Of a DNA stretch of 64,000 nucleotides, positions 19,590-29,061 are shown piece after piece. Position numbers and translations under genes: made by a program. The stretch comes from Arachidicoccus sp. BS20 (GTDB lineage: Bacteria > Bacteroidota > Bacteroidia > Chitinophagales > Chitinophagaceae), in assembly GCF_001659705.1 (NCBI RefSeq), contig NZ_CP015971.1:2171029-2235028 (forward strand). Reading direction: 5' to 3'. The notes under the pieces are model-generated. The model was given only the letters and a program-made list of their open reading frames with translations. It did no database searches and was not told where the DNA came from. Position 1 is the stretch's first letter. Each line of letters starts with the position of its first letter.

Positions 19590-20492
19590 ATGTGGGACAG
19601 TTATAAAAACGGTTACAAGGCTTATTTGCAATTGGAAAAATCGCTGAGCGAAAATTCAGTCGAGGCATACTTGCGCGATGTGGACAGATTGACTTTTTTT
19701 CTTGCGGAAAACGGTTTGGAAAAATCGCCGAAGGAAATTGATTTAAAAACATTACAAGCATTTGTCAAATATATCGCAAGCTTTGGATTAGCGGCGAGTT
19801 CGCAAGCGCGAACCATTTCGGGTATCAAAGGTTTTTATAAATATTTGTTGAGCGAAAATATTACAGATACAGACCCGACAATATTGTTAGAACTTCCTAA
19901 ACTCAAACGCGCATTGCCGGATGTATTGAGTTTTGAAGAGATTGAAAAAATCATTTCGCAAATAGATTTAAGCACAAACGAAGGGCATCGCAACAAAGCA
20001 ATTCTTGAAACGCTGTATAGTTGCGGCCTGCGCGTGAGTGAAGCCGTGAATTTAAAAATAAGTTGTTTGTATTTGAAAGATGGTTTTGTGCGCGTAATCG
20101 GCAAAGGCGATAAAGAAAGACTGGTGCCGATTGGCGATGAAGCCATTAAATATATCGGCATCTATTATAACGATTACCGGCGCAAACTTAATGCCGCAAA
20201 GGATTTTGAAGATTTTCTTTTTCTCAACAACCGGGGCAAAAATCTTTCGCGTGTGATGATATTCTTAATCATTAAAAGCCTGGCGCAAAAAGCACAGATT
20301 AAAAAAAATATTTCGCCGCACACGTTTCGGCATTCCTTTGCCACGCATTTGGTAGAAGGCGGTGCGGATTTGCGTGCAGTTCAGTTAATGCTGGGACATG
20401 AAAGCATTACCACAACAGAAATTTATACGCATTTGGATAAGCATTTTTTGCGCAGCACTTTGCAGGAACATCATCCGGCATTCAGAAAATAA
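19590..20492 (+). CDS. xerD: Tyrosine site-specific recombinase XerD
   Basis: C-terminal HTFRHSFATHLVEGGADLRAVQLMLGHESITTTEIYTHL (R-H-R-Y catalytic set), 300 aa. Confidence 0.8.
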   Translation: MWDSYKNGYKAYLQLEKSLSENSVEAYLRDVDRLTFFLAENGLEKSPKEIDLKTLQAFVKYIASFGLAASSQARTISGIKGFYKYLLSENITDTDPTILLELPKLKRALPDVLSFEEIEKIISQIDLSTNEGHRNKAILETLYSCGLRVSEAVNLKISCLYLKDGFVRVIGKGDKERLVPIGDEAIKYIGIYYNDYRRKLNAAKDFEDFLFLNNRGKNLSRVMIFLIIKSLAQKAQIKKNISPHTFRHSFATHLVEGGADLRAVQLMLGHESITTTEIYTHLDKHFLRSTLQEHHPAFRK

Positions 20493-20493
20493 T

Positions 20494-20517
20494 AAAAGCA
20501 GTCTGTCGACTGCTTTT
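20494..20517. terminator. Bidirectional terminator AAAAGCAGTC-TGTC-GACTGCTTTT between xerD and the DUF3276 gene
   Basis: Perfect 6-bp GC-containing stem flanked by A4 and T4 runs. Confidence 0.55.
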
Positions 20518-20551
20518 ATTCGTGTTTGAATATTTATTGGTATAAAAACAA

Positions 20552-21070
20552 TTACCACTTGTCTACTTCTTCAGACGCTAATTTAGCATCGGGAGCGGCA
20601 GCAGTATTTTTGGTTTCCTCATTAGGTACGCTTTTTTCTTCTTGCGAAACGATATTACTTTCAGCCGGAATTTCTGTATTAGTATTATCGTTGCCGCTAA
20701 TAAAATTTTCATCATGATTAAAAGCGTCAAAATCATAATCGGGCATTAATTCGGTTTTGATATAATCAACCGCTTCACTTAGACCTTTTACAAACTTATT
20801 GAAATCTTCTTTGTACAAAAAAATCTTGTGCCTGTCATAACCATCTTCATTGAAGCGTTTTCTGCTTTCAGTTATAACCAGATAATAGTCGCTGCCTTTT
20901 GTGGCGCGCACGTCAAAAAAGTAGGTTCTTCTTTTTCCTGCTTTCAAGCGTTTGCTGTACACGCTATCTTGTTTGCGCTCGTTTTGTTCGTAATCCAAGT
21001 TTTTTAAATTTAATTCAACAAATACCTTTTCAAAACCCTTACAAATATAATGTTGTTTTTTTTTCAGCAA
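20552..21070 (-). CDS. DUF3276-family (PUR-alpha-like ssDNA/RNA-binding fold) protein
   Basis: Repeated beta-rich modules (RTYFFDVRATKGSDYYLVITES; KIFLYKEDFNKF) and an acidic tail. Confidence 0.55.
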   Translation of the reverse strand: MLKKKQHYICKGFEKVFVELNLKNLDYEQNERKQDSVYSKRLKAGKRRTYFFDVRATKGSDYYLVITESRKRFNEDGYDRHKIFLYKEDFNKFVKGLSEAVDYIKTELMPDYDFDAFNHDENFISGNDNTNTEIPAESNIVSQEEKSVPNEETKNTAAAPDAKLASEEVDKW

Positions 21071-21102
21071 AAATTTTGAGCAGTTTTTTTTACAGGCAGT
21101 AG

Positions 21103-22416
21103 TTAAAGTTTGTCGAGCATATCTACCACTTTCTCTCTTCGCAGAATTAAATAGCCGAGCCTGTCGTTGCTGATGCCGTCTTTCAGCTTATAACTAAAAA
21201 TTAAGGTATCGTCTTTTGCTTCGGTTTCAAAATATTTAAACTGAATATTCGGATACTGCTTCAGGTTCTCTCCTATTTCGTACAAGTGCGTCGAGAGAAT
21301 AAACAGCGATGATTTTACTTTTCTCAAGCCTTCAATCACGGCAGTACTGCATTTCATCGCATCCTGAATATTCGTTCCTTTGAATAATTCATCAATAAGT
21401 ATCAGCCATTTTTTGCCATTTTCAATTTTACCTACGGTAGTTTTGATACGTTGCACTTCGTTGAAGAAATAGCTTTCGCCTTTTAGTGTATTATCTGCAA
21501 CTTCGATATTGCTGAGCAATCCGTCAAAACTGCTCATTTTCATATCGTCCGCGGGAACGCCCATGCCGAGCGATGCGAGATAAACCGAAATGCCTACCGC
21601 GCGAATAAACGTGCTTTTGCCCGCCATATTTGCACCTGTGAGAAAAAGAAAATTGTTTCTTTCCGTCAAAGAAAAATCATAACCCACCGGATTTTCCAGC
21701 AATGGATGATATAAATTTCTGGCTTCAATCAAAGGCGTTTCGCTTTCGACGATTTCGGGAAAATGAAAGTTGTGTTCAACCGTTGCTTTTGCCAAACTAT
21801 ACCAAGCATCGATTCTGAAAAACAAATCTTCCAAAGACTGAATGGCTAATTTATTGTGATTGAAAAAAAATCCCAGCGCCAGATTATCTTTAACAGACGG
21901 CTTATAGTCTTTTGAAAATGTTTCTATTTTTTGAAACACCGGCTTGTCCAATTGCTGCTTTATTCCGTCCAATGTTTTTTGCAGCGGTTCAGCATAATTA
22001 TTATCGGGGAAAAGTCGTAGCAACTCACGCATACCCTTTACAAAATCGATAAAATGTTTCACGGAATAGCGAACGGTAGTATAGTCTCCCCGGCTGAAAA
22101 TTTTATACAGAAAACCCGTTAAAGCTCCGGCGCCAAGCGGAATAGATGTTACAGGAGCATCATAATATTTGTCCAAAACCATAACCGTTCCGTTGGTAAT
22201 AGTTTCAGGAAAATGCGGCAGCGTTTCTATAAATTTCTTAATTACTTCCTGCGATTCTTTTATTTGTTTAACATCGCCGAAAGGTTCATAAAAGATACGT
22301 TTCAATTCTTCCTTGCCGCCATTGGTGCGCGTATAATTCAGCAAATGCAAAATGGTTTCCTGCTCATATCTGCCGAAGATGTTTAAATCGTGTAACGTTG
22401 AATTATCGATGTCCAT
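21103..22416 (-). CDS. MutS-related ATPase (MutS domain V only), not a canonical MutS1 or MutS2
   Basis: Walker A TGANMAGKSTF, MutS signature, Walker B LILIDELFKGT. No mismatch-binding or connector domains. Confidence 0.7.
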   Translation of the reverse strand: MDIDNSTLHDLNIFGRYEQETILHLLNYTRTNGGKEELKRIFYEPFGDVKQIKESQEVIKKFIETLPHFPETITNGTVMVLDKYYDAPVTSIPLGAGALTGFLYKIFSRGDYTTVRYSVKHFIDFVKGMRELLRLFPDNNYAEPLQKTLDGIKQQLDKPVFQKIETFSKDYKPSVKDNLALGFFFNHNKLAIQSLEDLFFRIDAWYSLAKATVEHNFHFPEIVESETPLIEARNLYHPLLENPVGYDFSLTERNNFLFLTGANMAGKSTFIRAVGISVYLASLGMGVPADDMKMSSFDGLLSNIEVADNTLKGESYFFNEVQRIKTTVGKIENGKKWLILIDELFKGTNIQDAMKCSTAVIEGLRKVKSSLFILSTHLYEIGENLKQYPNIQFKYFETEAKDDTLIFSYKLKDGISNDRLGYLILRREKVVDMLDKL

Positions 22417-22425
22417 TTTTATAAA

Positions 22426-23814
22426 TTATGCGTTTCTCTCGAATTTCAATCTCTCTCCTTTAATAGATTCATTAAACACGCCATTTCCATAAATTAAGTT
22501 GCCATTTATAAAAGTTTTTTCAATAGTTGCGGGAAAAACAAACTCTTCCAACGGCGACCAGCCGCATTTGTACAAAATGTTTTCGGGCGAAATTTTGTAA
22601 TTTTTATTCAAATCGACCAAGACCAAATCGGCAAAATATCCTTCGCGAATAAAGCCTCGTTCTTTGATTTGAAAACAACGGGCAACAGCGTGCGACATTT
22701 TTTCAACGACTTTTTCCAAAGAAATTTTTCCTTCTTTCACATAATGCAACATAAGCTGCAACGAATGTTGAATCAAGGGCAAACCGGCGTGTGCATGTTC
22801 ATAAGTCGCATCTTTCAATTGAACTAATTTTCCGGCTGCATTTCGCTCAAAACCTTTTTCGGAAAGCAGGTGCGGCGCGTGGTCCGTGGCGATTACATCG
22901 AGTCGATCGTCCAACAATGCCTGCCAGATTGCATCTCGGTTGAACGCGGCTTTAATCGCAGGATTGCATTTAATCAGATAACTTTTTTCGGCATAATCGT
23001 CCGCCGAAAAATGCAGATGATGCACGCAAACTTCCGCCGTAATTTTCTTTTCTTCCAAAGGCAACATATTGCCAAAAAGTTGCAATTCTTTTTCCGTAGT
23101 GATGTGCAAAATATGCAAACGCGCATCGTGCTTTTTCGCAAACTGAATGGCTTTGAAAGACGATTCAAAACAATTCTCTTCATTGCGAATTACAGGATGG
23201 TCACTCGCTTCGAGGTTTGGTTTTTCGGCTTTTAATTTTTCATAATTTGCACGGATAATGCTTTCTTCTTCGCAATGTGTGGCGATTAAAACTTCACAAG
23301 TCGAGAAAACATTGTCCAACACCAAAGGGTCATTTACCAATAGATTTCCGGTGGAAGAACCCATAAAAATTTTCAGTCCGCAGATGTCGTTTTTCCGGTC
23401 ATTTAATTTCTTTATTTCTTCCAGATTATTATTCGAAGTGCCGAGATAAAACGAATAATTTGCAAGCGAAGTTTGGCTTGCCGTCGTGTATTTTTCTTCC
23501 AATAAATCGTGCGTAAACGCCGGCGGAATCGTGTTTGGCATTTCCATAAAACTGGTAACGCCGCCCGCAACCGCAGCTTTGGATTCCGTATAAATATTGG
23601 CTTTGTGCGTGAGTCCCGGCTCGCGAAAATGCACCTGGTCGTCAATCACGCCGGGCAATAAATACAAGCCTTCGGCATCGATTTCTTCAACCGCAAAATC
23701 AACCTGAATATTGTTGTCGATGCGTTCAATTCTTTTATTGCGAATCAGCACATCGGCGTTAAAAATTTTTCCTTCGTTTACAATGTTTGCGTTTTTGATT
23801 AAATAATTGCTCAT
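22426..23814 (-). CDS. pyrC: Dihydroorotase-like cyclic amidohydrolase
   Basis: LPGVIDDQVHFREPG metal-binding motif plus downstream His and Asp ligands. Start at MSNYLIK (23814). Confidence 0.75.
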   Translation of the reverse strand: MSNYLIKNANIVNEGKIFNADVLIRNKRIERIDNNIQVDFAVEEIDAEGLYLLPGVIDDQVHFREPGLTHKANIYTESKAAVAGGVTSFMEMPNTIPPAFTHDLLEEKYTTASQTSLANYSFYLGTSNNNLEEIKKLNDRKNDICGLKIFMGSSTGNLLVNDPLVLDNVFSTCEVLIATHCEEESIIRANYEKLKAEKPNLEASDHPVIRNEENCFESSFKAIQFAKKHDARLHILHITTEKELQLFGNMLPLEEKKITAEVCVHHLHFSADDYAEKSYLIKCNPAIKAAFNRDAIWQALLDDRLDVIATDHAPHLLSEKGFERNAAGKLVQLKDATYEHAHAGLPLIQHSLQLMLHYVKEGKISLEKVVEKMSHAVARCFQIKERGFIREGYFADLVLVDLNKNYKISPENILYKCGWSPLEEFVFPATIEKTFINGNLIYGNGVFNESIKGERLKFERNA

Positions 23815-23912
23815 TAAATTTTTATTGTTATCTGCGTTTAAAGTTAAGACGCAAAGCGTAACATAACAATTTAATTTAAGTACATCAATGCGGCTTTTAT
23901 TATTTTTACAGA

Positions 23913-24623
23913 ATGAAATCTTTGATGACAAAATACACACACTTATTTTTCGACCTCGACCATACGATTTGGGATTTTGAAGCTAATGCAAAAGACGCGC
24001 TGTACGAGGCTTTCAGCGAAAACAAGCTGATTGAAAAAGGTATTGATAATTATGAAATTTTTTATGAAAAATATGCCGCGCATAATCATCGTTTATGGGA
24101 CAGATATTCCAAAGGTTTCATCAAACAAGATGAATTAAAATGGAAAAGAATGTGGCTTACTATGCTTGATTATAAAATTGCCGATGAAGCATTGGCGAAA
24201 AAATTAAGCGACGATTTTTTGCAGTTTCTTCCGTTGAGAAAAAAAGTTTTTCCGTACACTTTTGAGATATTGACTTATTTGAAAAATAAAAATTATCGTT
24301 TGCATTTAATCACCAACGGCTTCAATTATATTCAAACACAAAAGCTCCAAAATGCAGGACTGACGCACTTTTTCGAAGAATTGATTACATCCGAAGCAAG
24401 CGGAAGTTTAAAACCAAATAAAGAAATTTTTGAATTTGCTTTGAACAAAACTAAAGCATTAGTTAATGAGAGCATTATGCTCGGCGACAATATTGAAGCC
24501 GATATTAGAGGTGCAAAAAATTTTGGATTAGATACAGTTTTTGTCAATCATATAAAAGCTGAAACCGAAGTGCAGCCGACGTTTGAGATAACTCACTTAA
24601 AACAATTAGAAGATATTTTTTGA
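23913..24623 (+). CDS. HAD-superfamily hydrolase (YjjG-like nucleotidase subfamily)
   Basis: FDLDHTIWD motif I and a downstream GDN..DI motif IV. Confidence 0.75.
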   Translation: MKSLMTKYTHLFFDLDHTIWDFEANAKDALYEAFSENKLIEKGIDNYEIFYEKYAAHNHRLWDRYSKGFIKQDELKWKRMWLTMLDYKIADEALAKKLSDDFLQFLPLRKKVFPYTFEILTYLKNKNYRLHLITNGFNYIQTQKLQNAGLTHFFEELITSEASGSLKPNKEIFEFALNKTKALVNESIMLGDNIEADIRGAKNFGLDTVFVNHIKAETEVQPTFEITHLKQLEDIF

Positions 24624-24633
24624 GAATTTTCCC

Positions 24634-24724
24634 CGCAGATAACACAGATTTTTTCGCTGATATGCGCAGAAAAATCCGCGTTATCTGCGAGTTTTCAATC
24701 TGCGAAAATCTGCGCTGTCTGCGG
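24634..24724. repeat. Palindromic element with terminal inverted repeats CCCGCAGA/TCTGCGGG, internal CGCAGATAAC/GTTATCTGCG, and 4-5 iterated TCTGCG hexamers
   Basis: Read directly from the HAD/lolC convergent spacer. Confidence 0.5.
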
Positions 24725-24730
24725 GAAATT

Positions 24731-25957
24731 TTATTCATTTCCTTTCAAAGAAAAATCTTTTACTGCCGCCTTTCGTGCTGGAATCCACGAAGCCAAAACA
24801 GCAACGATAAATATAGTCGCCGTTACCATCAGAAAGTCTGCAATACGCATAGTTACCGGATAATAATCTACAACAAACGAACCGCCTTCGAGTTTTATGA
24901 GATGATATTTTTGCTGCGCGTAACAAATTAAAAATGCAATCAACATTCCTGCAATGCCGCCGATTCCAGCTAATAAAAAGCCTTCATTCAAAAATATTTT
25001 TTGTATAAAACCATTGTGCGCGCCCAACGCCTTCAGCACAGCAATATCTTTTCGTTTTTCCAAAATCAACATCGTTAATGCGCCCACCATATTGAACGCT
25101 GCAATCACTAAAATGATGGAAAGAATAATGTAGATAATCCATTTTTCCATTTGCATCACGCTGAACAAACTTTGATTCTGTTGAAAGCGTGTCTGCACTT
25201 TATAATGCTGACCAAATATTGATGCCACCTGCTTTTGCGCACCTGAAACATTCTCTTCCGAATTTATTTTTATATCAATCGCCGTATAACTATTTTCGGG
25301 AATATCTGCCATATATCTTACAAAACCGATATTGGTAAAAGCATATTTATTATCAAAATCTTCCTGTATTCTAAAAATACCTGCTTCGTGAATATCGAAC
25401 GAATAAGTGGCATTTTGAAGATTGGAAAAATCATTAGCATTTCTGTTTGGGAAAAAAACCGTCAAAGGGTCTGTGGACAAAGGGTCTGCGCCAATGGCGT
25501 TGGCAATGCCGCCGCCAAGAACAACGGATGGAGAATCTTTAGTTCCTAAACTATATTCGCCGTTATCGATAATATTTTTCTTTATGGAAACAACTTCATA
25601 GTAATTGCTATCCACGCCCTTGAGATAAACAATGGACTGGTAATCGCCATTTACCACCAGCGCTTTTTCTTCAACAGTCAAACTGAAATTTTTTACAGAC
25701 TTTATTTGATGCAACTGTTTCAGCTGAGACGCCGTTGGTTGAATATACTTCCCTTGCGTTGCAGACACGCGCAAATCAGAATAAAAATCGCCGTACATGG
25801 ATTTAACCAATCCTTCAAAACCATTGAAAACACTAAGCACGAGAATGAGCGCCGCCGAACCAACCGCAATGGCAACAATGCTTATCCACGAAATAATGTT
25901 GATGACATTCGTGGATTTTTTTGCTTTAAAATATCGCCATGCGAAGAGGAAGTTCAT
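24731..25957 (-). CDS. Lipoprotein-release ABC transporter permease (LolC/LolE, FtsX-like)
   Basis: N-terminal TM, large periplasmic domain and a C-terminal FtsX 3-TM bundle. Confidence 0.75.
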   Translation of the reverse strand: MNFLFAWRYFKAKKSTNVINIISWISIVAIAVGSAALILVLSVFNGFEGLVKSMYGDFYSDLRVSATQGKYIQPTASQLKQLHQIKSVKNFSLTVEEKALVVNGDYQSIVYLKGVDSNYYEVVSIKKNIIDNGEYSLGTKDSPSVVLGGGIANAIGADPLSTDPLTVFFPNRNANDFSNLQNATYSFDIHEAGIFRIQEDFDNKYAFTNIGFVRYMADIPENSYTAIDIKINSEENVSGAQKQVASIFGQHYKVQTRFQQNQSLFSVMQMEKWIIYIILSIILVIAAFNMVGALTMLILEKRKDIAVLKALGAHNGFIQKIFLNEGFLLAGIGGIAGMLIAFLICYAQQKYHLIKLEGGSFVVDYYPVTMRIADFLMVTATIFIVAVLASWIPARKAAVKDFSLKGNE

Positions 25958-25969
25958 GCAGTAATTAAG

Positions 25970-25995
25970 AATTAGTAATTAAAAATTAATAATTG
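25970..25995. repeat. Left arm of a perfect 26-bp inverted repeat (AATTAGTAATTAAAAATTAATAATTG) flanking the four-helix-bundle gene
   Basis: Exact reverse-complement match to 26348-26373. Confidence 0.9.
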
Positions 25996-25999
25996 TGGG

Positions 26000-26350
26000 T
26001 TATCCTTTTGAAGAGTTAATAATTGAGGTAAGGATTTTTATAATTTCTTCACAATCATTGATAAAAGAATCTGCAATTTTTTCTTCTATAAATTTAGTTT
26101 CTTTCAGAATTCTCAACCAATATCGGGTTTCACGCGCTTCTCTGTATGCTATTTCGAGTTTGTGTATAAAATCTTTTCTTGAAGAACCGCCAACAGCTTC
26201 TTCAACATTAGCTCCGACAGAAGTTCCGCTTTTTAATAATTGAACACATAATTCTCTTTCAACTTTGTTTTTTCGCAAATGCAAGAAGAGCTTGGTTATT
26301 CTCAATGCAAATAGAAAACTTTTATCCAATATAATATTATCGTCCTTCAA
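26000..26350 (-). CDS. Four-helix-bundle protein (TIGR02436, 23S rRNA intervening-sequence protein family), second copy
   Basis: 116 aa with GTSVGANVEEA core and ETRYWL motif. Paralogous to 10745-11137. Confidence 0.75.
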   Translation of the reverse strand: MKDDNIILDKSFLFALRITKLFLHLRKNKVERELCVQLLKSGTSVGANVEEAVGGSSRKDFIHKLEIAYREARETRYWLRILKETKFIEEKIADSFINDCEEIIKILTSIINSSKG

Positions 26351-26373
26351 TTATTAATTTTTAATTACTAATT
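26348..26373. repeat. Right arm of the perfect 26-bp inverted repeat (CAATTATTAATTTTTAATTACTAATT)
   Basis: Exact reverse complement of 25970-25995. Confidence 0.9.
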
Positions 26374-26379
26374 ATTAAT

Positions 26380-26742
26380 TCACTTATTCGACTCCTCATT
26401 AATTTTTTTAAACAATTCTTCCATATGAAAAACGTGTTCCAGCGTATCATCGGCATAATAATGAATCACGGGAATGCGGCGCAACTGGTTTTTCAATTTA
26501 TGCGACAATTCTTTTTTTATTTCCCAGGCTTTTTGTTCAATTGATTTTAATGCCGCAGCATTGTCTTGCACCTGAAAGAAACTCAGGTAAATACGCACTT
26601 CCAGCAAATCGGGCGTAACCTGCACATCGCTGATGGAAACCATGCCGCCGCCAATCATGTTCAAACCAAGATGACGAAAGATTTGGTTAATCTCTTCTTT
26701 AATCACGTTGGCAACCTGCCGCTGTCTTTTTCCCTGTTCCAT
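26380..26742 (-). CDS. rbfA: Ribosome-binding factor A
   Basis: RQVANVIKEEINQI motif and KH-like fold, 120 aa. Confidence 0.8.
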   Translation of the reverse strand: MEQGKRQRQVANVIKEEINQIFRHLGLNMIGGGMVSISDVQVTPDLLEVRIYLSFFQVQDNAAALKSIEQKAWEIKKELSHKLKNQLRRIPVIHYYADDTLEHVFHMEELFKKINEESNK

Positions 26743-26804
26743 AATCTTTGCGTTTTGTTGGCTGTAAAATTAGTTACTTTTGCCGTTCTATTCTAATAAG
26801 AATT

Positions 26805-28613
26805 ATGAAGAAATTTCAACGCATATTCACGTATCTCGGGCATTACAAATCCAAGCTGTTCAGCTATACATTATTTACGGTTTTAGGAACATTGTTCGGC
26901 ATTTTATCAATCGGAATGTTGTCGCCGTTTCTTACCTTGATTATCGGCGATGAAAAAAATTCTTCTGCTAATTTGTTGCAGTCAAAATCAAGCGGAAAAT
27001 TTATCCTTAATTTTCTGAACAGCGAAGTACAGCAACACGGCAAACTCGCTGCTATTGCTGCGGTTTGTATAATTATTATTGTATCCACCTTGCTGAAAAA
27101 TATTTTTATTTATTTATCGGCTGTTATTTCTGCGCCTGTCCGAAGTTCCATTATCAAAAGGCTGCGCGATGAAATGTATGTAAAAGCTCTGCAACTCCCC
27201 ATCGGATTTTTTACCGAGCAGAAAAAAGGCGATGTAATGTCGCGTATGACAAATGATATTAATGAAGTGGACAGTTCAATTGTAAGCACGCTGGAAGGCT
27301 TAATCAAAGATCCGTTCACAATAGTCGGTTATTTGATTGCGATGATTTTGATTAGCCCGGCATTGTCCATTGGTTTATTAATTCTTTTGCCATTGACAGG
27401 TTTTGTTATCGGTCGTGTAAGTCGTTTATTAAAGAAACAATCCAAAGCCATGAGCGAGCGACAAAGTGTTGCGCTCTCTATTTTGGACGAAACGCTTACG
27501 GGAATAAGAGTTGTAAAGGCTTTTCTGGCGGAAAAAATGATGCACAAAAAATTTGACGCCGTGAATGAAGATATGTTTGTGCTGCGCAATAAAATGTCGT
27601 ATCGCCGCAATCTGGCTTCGCCTTTGACGGAAGTATTGGGCGTAACAGTGCTTGCGGCAATTTTGTATTTCGGCGGCATGTTGGTGGTAAAATATCAATT
27701 GATGAAAGGCGGCGATTTGCTGGCATATATCGGCATGTTTGCTTTCATTATTAATCCTGCGAAAACTTTGTCCACATCATTTTTCAACATTCAGCGCGGA
27801 AGCTCTGCGCTCACGCGAATTGAAGATTTTCTGGCTACGCCCGAAGTGATTGAAGACGGAGGAACGAATGAATTAAGTTTTGAAAGAGAAATACAGTTTA
27901 AAAATGTATTTTTTAGTTATCCAGACGGGACTGCCGTTTTAAAGAATATTAACCTTACTATTCCTAAAGGCAAAACCGTGGCGCTTGTAGGCAGCAGCGG
28001 CGCAGGAAAAAGTACGATTGCCGATTTGGTTCCGCGCTTTCACGACGTGAGTTCGGGCGAGTTGCTGATTGATGGAATCAACGTTAAAAATTATTCGCTC
28101 AAATCTTTGCGCGAGCATATCAGCATTGTAACACAGGAACCGATTTTGTTTAATGATTCTATTGCAAGCAATATTGCTTTGGGAAAAAATGATGCAAGCG
28201 AACAGCAAATTGAAGACGCGGCAAAGGTTGCCAATGCGTTTAATTTTATCCAACAGAAAGAAGAAAAATTTGACACCAACATTGGCGACAGAGGCAATAA
28301 ATTAAGCGGCGGCGAAAAACAACGTGTAACCATTGCGCGCGCCGTTTTAAAAAATCCACCGATACTGATTTTGGATGAAGCCACTTCTTCGCTCGACACG
28401 GAAAGTGAAAGATTGGTACAGGATGCGATTGATAAAATGATGGAAAACCGCACTTCATTAGTAATTGCCCACAGACTCTCAACTGTGCGAAATGCTGATG
28501 AAATCATTGTTTTGGATAAAGGCGAAATTGCCGAACGCGGCTCCCACGATGAATTGCTGAAAATAGAAAATGGTATTTACAGTAGATTGGTTAGAATGCA
28601 GGAAGTGAAATAG
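26805..28613 (+). CDS. ABC transporter, fused permease/ATPase (MsbA-like lipid/multidrug exporter)
   Basis: Six N-terminal TM segments, Walker A GSSGAGKST, signature LSGGEKQR and Walker B ILILDEATS. Confidence 0.85.
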   Translation: MKKFQRIFTYLGHYKSKLFSYTLFTVLGTLFGILSIGMLSPFLTLIIGDEKNSSANLLQSKSSGKFILNFLNSEVQQHGKLAAIAAVCIIIIVSTLLKNIFIYLSAVISAPVRSSIIKRLRDEMYVKALQLPIGFFTEQKKGDVMSRMTNDINEVDSSIVSTLEGLIKDPFTIVGYLIAMILISPALSIGLLILLPLTGFVIGRVSRLLKKQSKAMSERQSVALSILDETLTGIRVVKAFLAEKMMHKKFDAVNEDMFVLRNKMSYRRNLASPLTEVLGVTVLAAILYFGGMLVVKYQLMKGGDLLAYIGMFAFIINPAKTLSTSFFNIQRGSSALTRIEDFLATPEVIEDGGTNELSFEREIQFKNVFFSYPDGTAVLKNINLTIPKGKTVALVGSSGAGKSTIADLVPRFHDVSSGELLIDGINVKNYSLKSLREHISIVTQEPILFNDSIASNIALGKNDASEQQIEDAAKVANAFNFIQQKEEKFDTNIGDRGNKLSGGEKQRVTIARAVLKNPPILILDEATSSLDTESERLVQDAIDKMMENRTSLVIAHRLSTVRNADEIIVLDKGEIAERGSHDELLKIENGIYSRLVRMQEVK

Positions 28614-28625
28614 ACGGTTTTATTT

Positions 28626-28705
28626 GAACCACAAAGGCACAACGGCACGAAGGGACACAAAGAATAATTCGGAACACGCTTGCACGTCATTGCGAGGAGC
28701 GAGGT
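28626..28705 (+). repeat. Roughly 80-bp intergenic element sharing blocks ACCACAA..GGGACACAAAGAA..TTGCACGT(C/T)ATTGC with an inverted copy at 4512-4590
   Basis: Aligned by eye against the reverse complement of 4512-4590. Confidence 0.5.
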
Positions 28706-28836
28706 ACGAGCGACGTGGCAATCTCAATAAAAATATGCGTTCCTTTACTCCAAAAACAATTGAAACAATAAGACAATTAAACAATCCAACACATTCGTAT
28801 AATTTCTCTAAATTCGTGTAATCAAAAAATAATTTT

Positions 28837-29061
28837 ATGGAAAACATTCATCCGCAATATACCTTCGACAACGCAGGAAATCCTGTGGGTGTTTTTTTGC
28901 CGATAGACGATTGGAATGCGATTACGGAAGAGTTGCATTTGGACTTGCCTGAATGGCAAAAGAGGTTGCTTGATGAACGCGTGGAAGCGTACAGAAAAAA
29001 TCCAGAAGCGATGATTGATTGGGATAGCTTTGTGGCAGAAGAACTAAGTGATGATGAGTGA
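28837..29061 (+). CDS. Putative addiction-module antitoxin (TIGR02574-like)
   Basis: 74 aa, acidic C-terminus. Its 3' end overlaps the downstream RelE/ParE-like gene. Confidence 0.6.
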   Translation: MENIHPQYTFDNAGNPVGVFLPIDDWNAITEELHLDLPEWQKRLLDERVEAYRKNPEAMIDWDSFVAEELSDDE

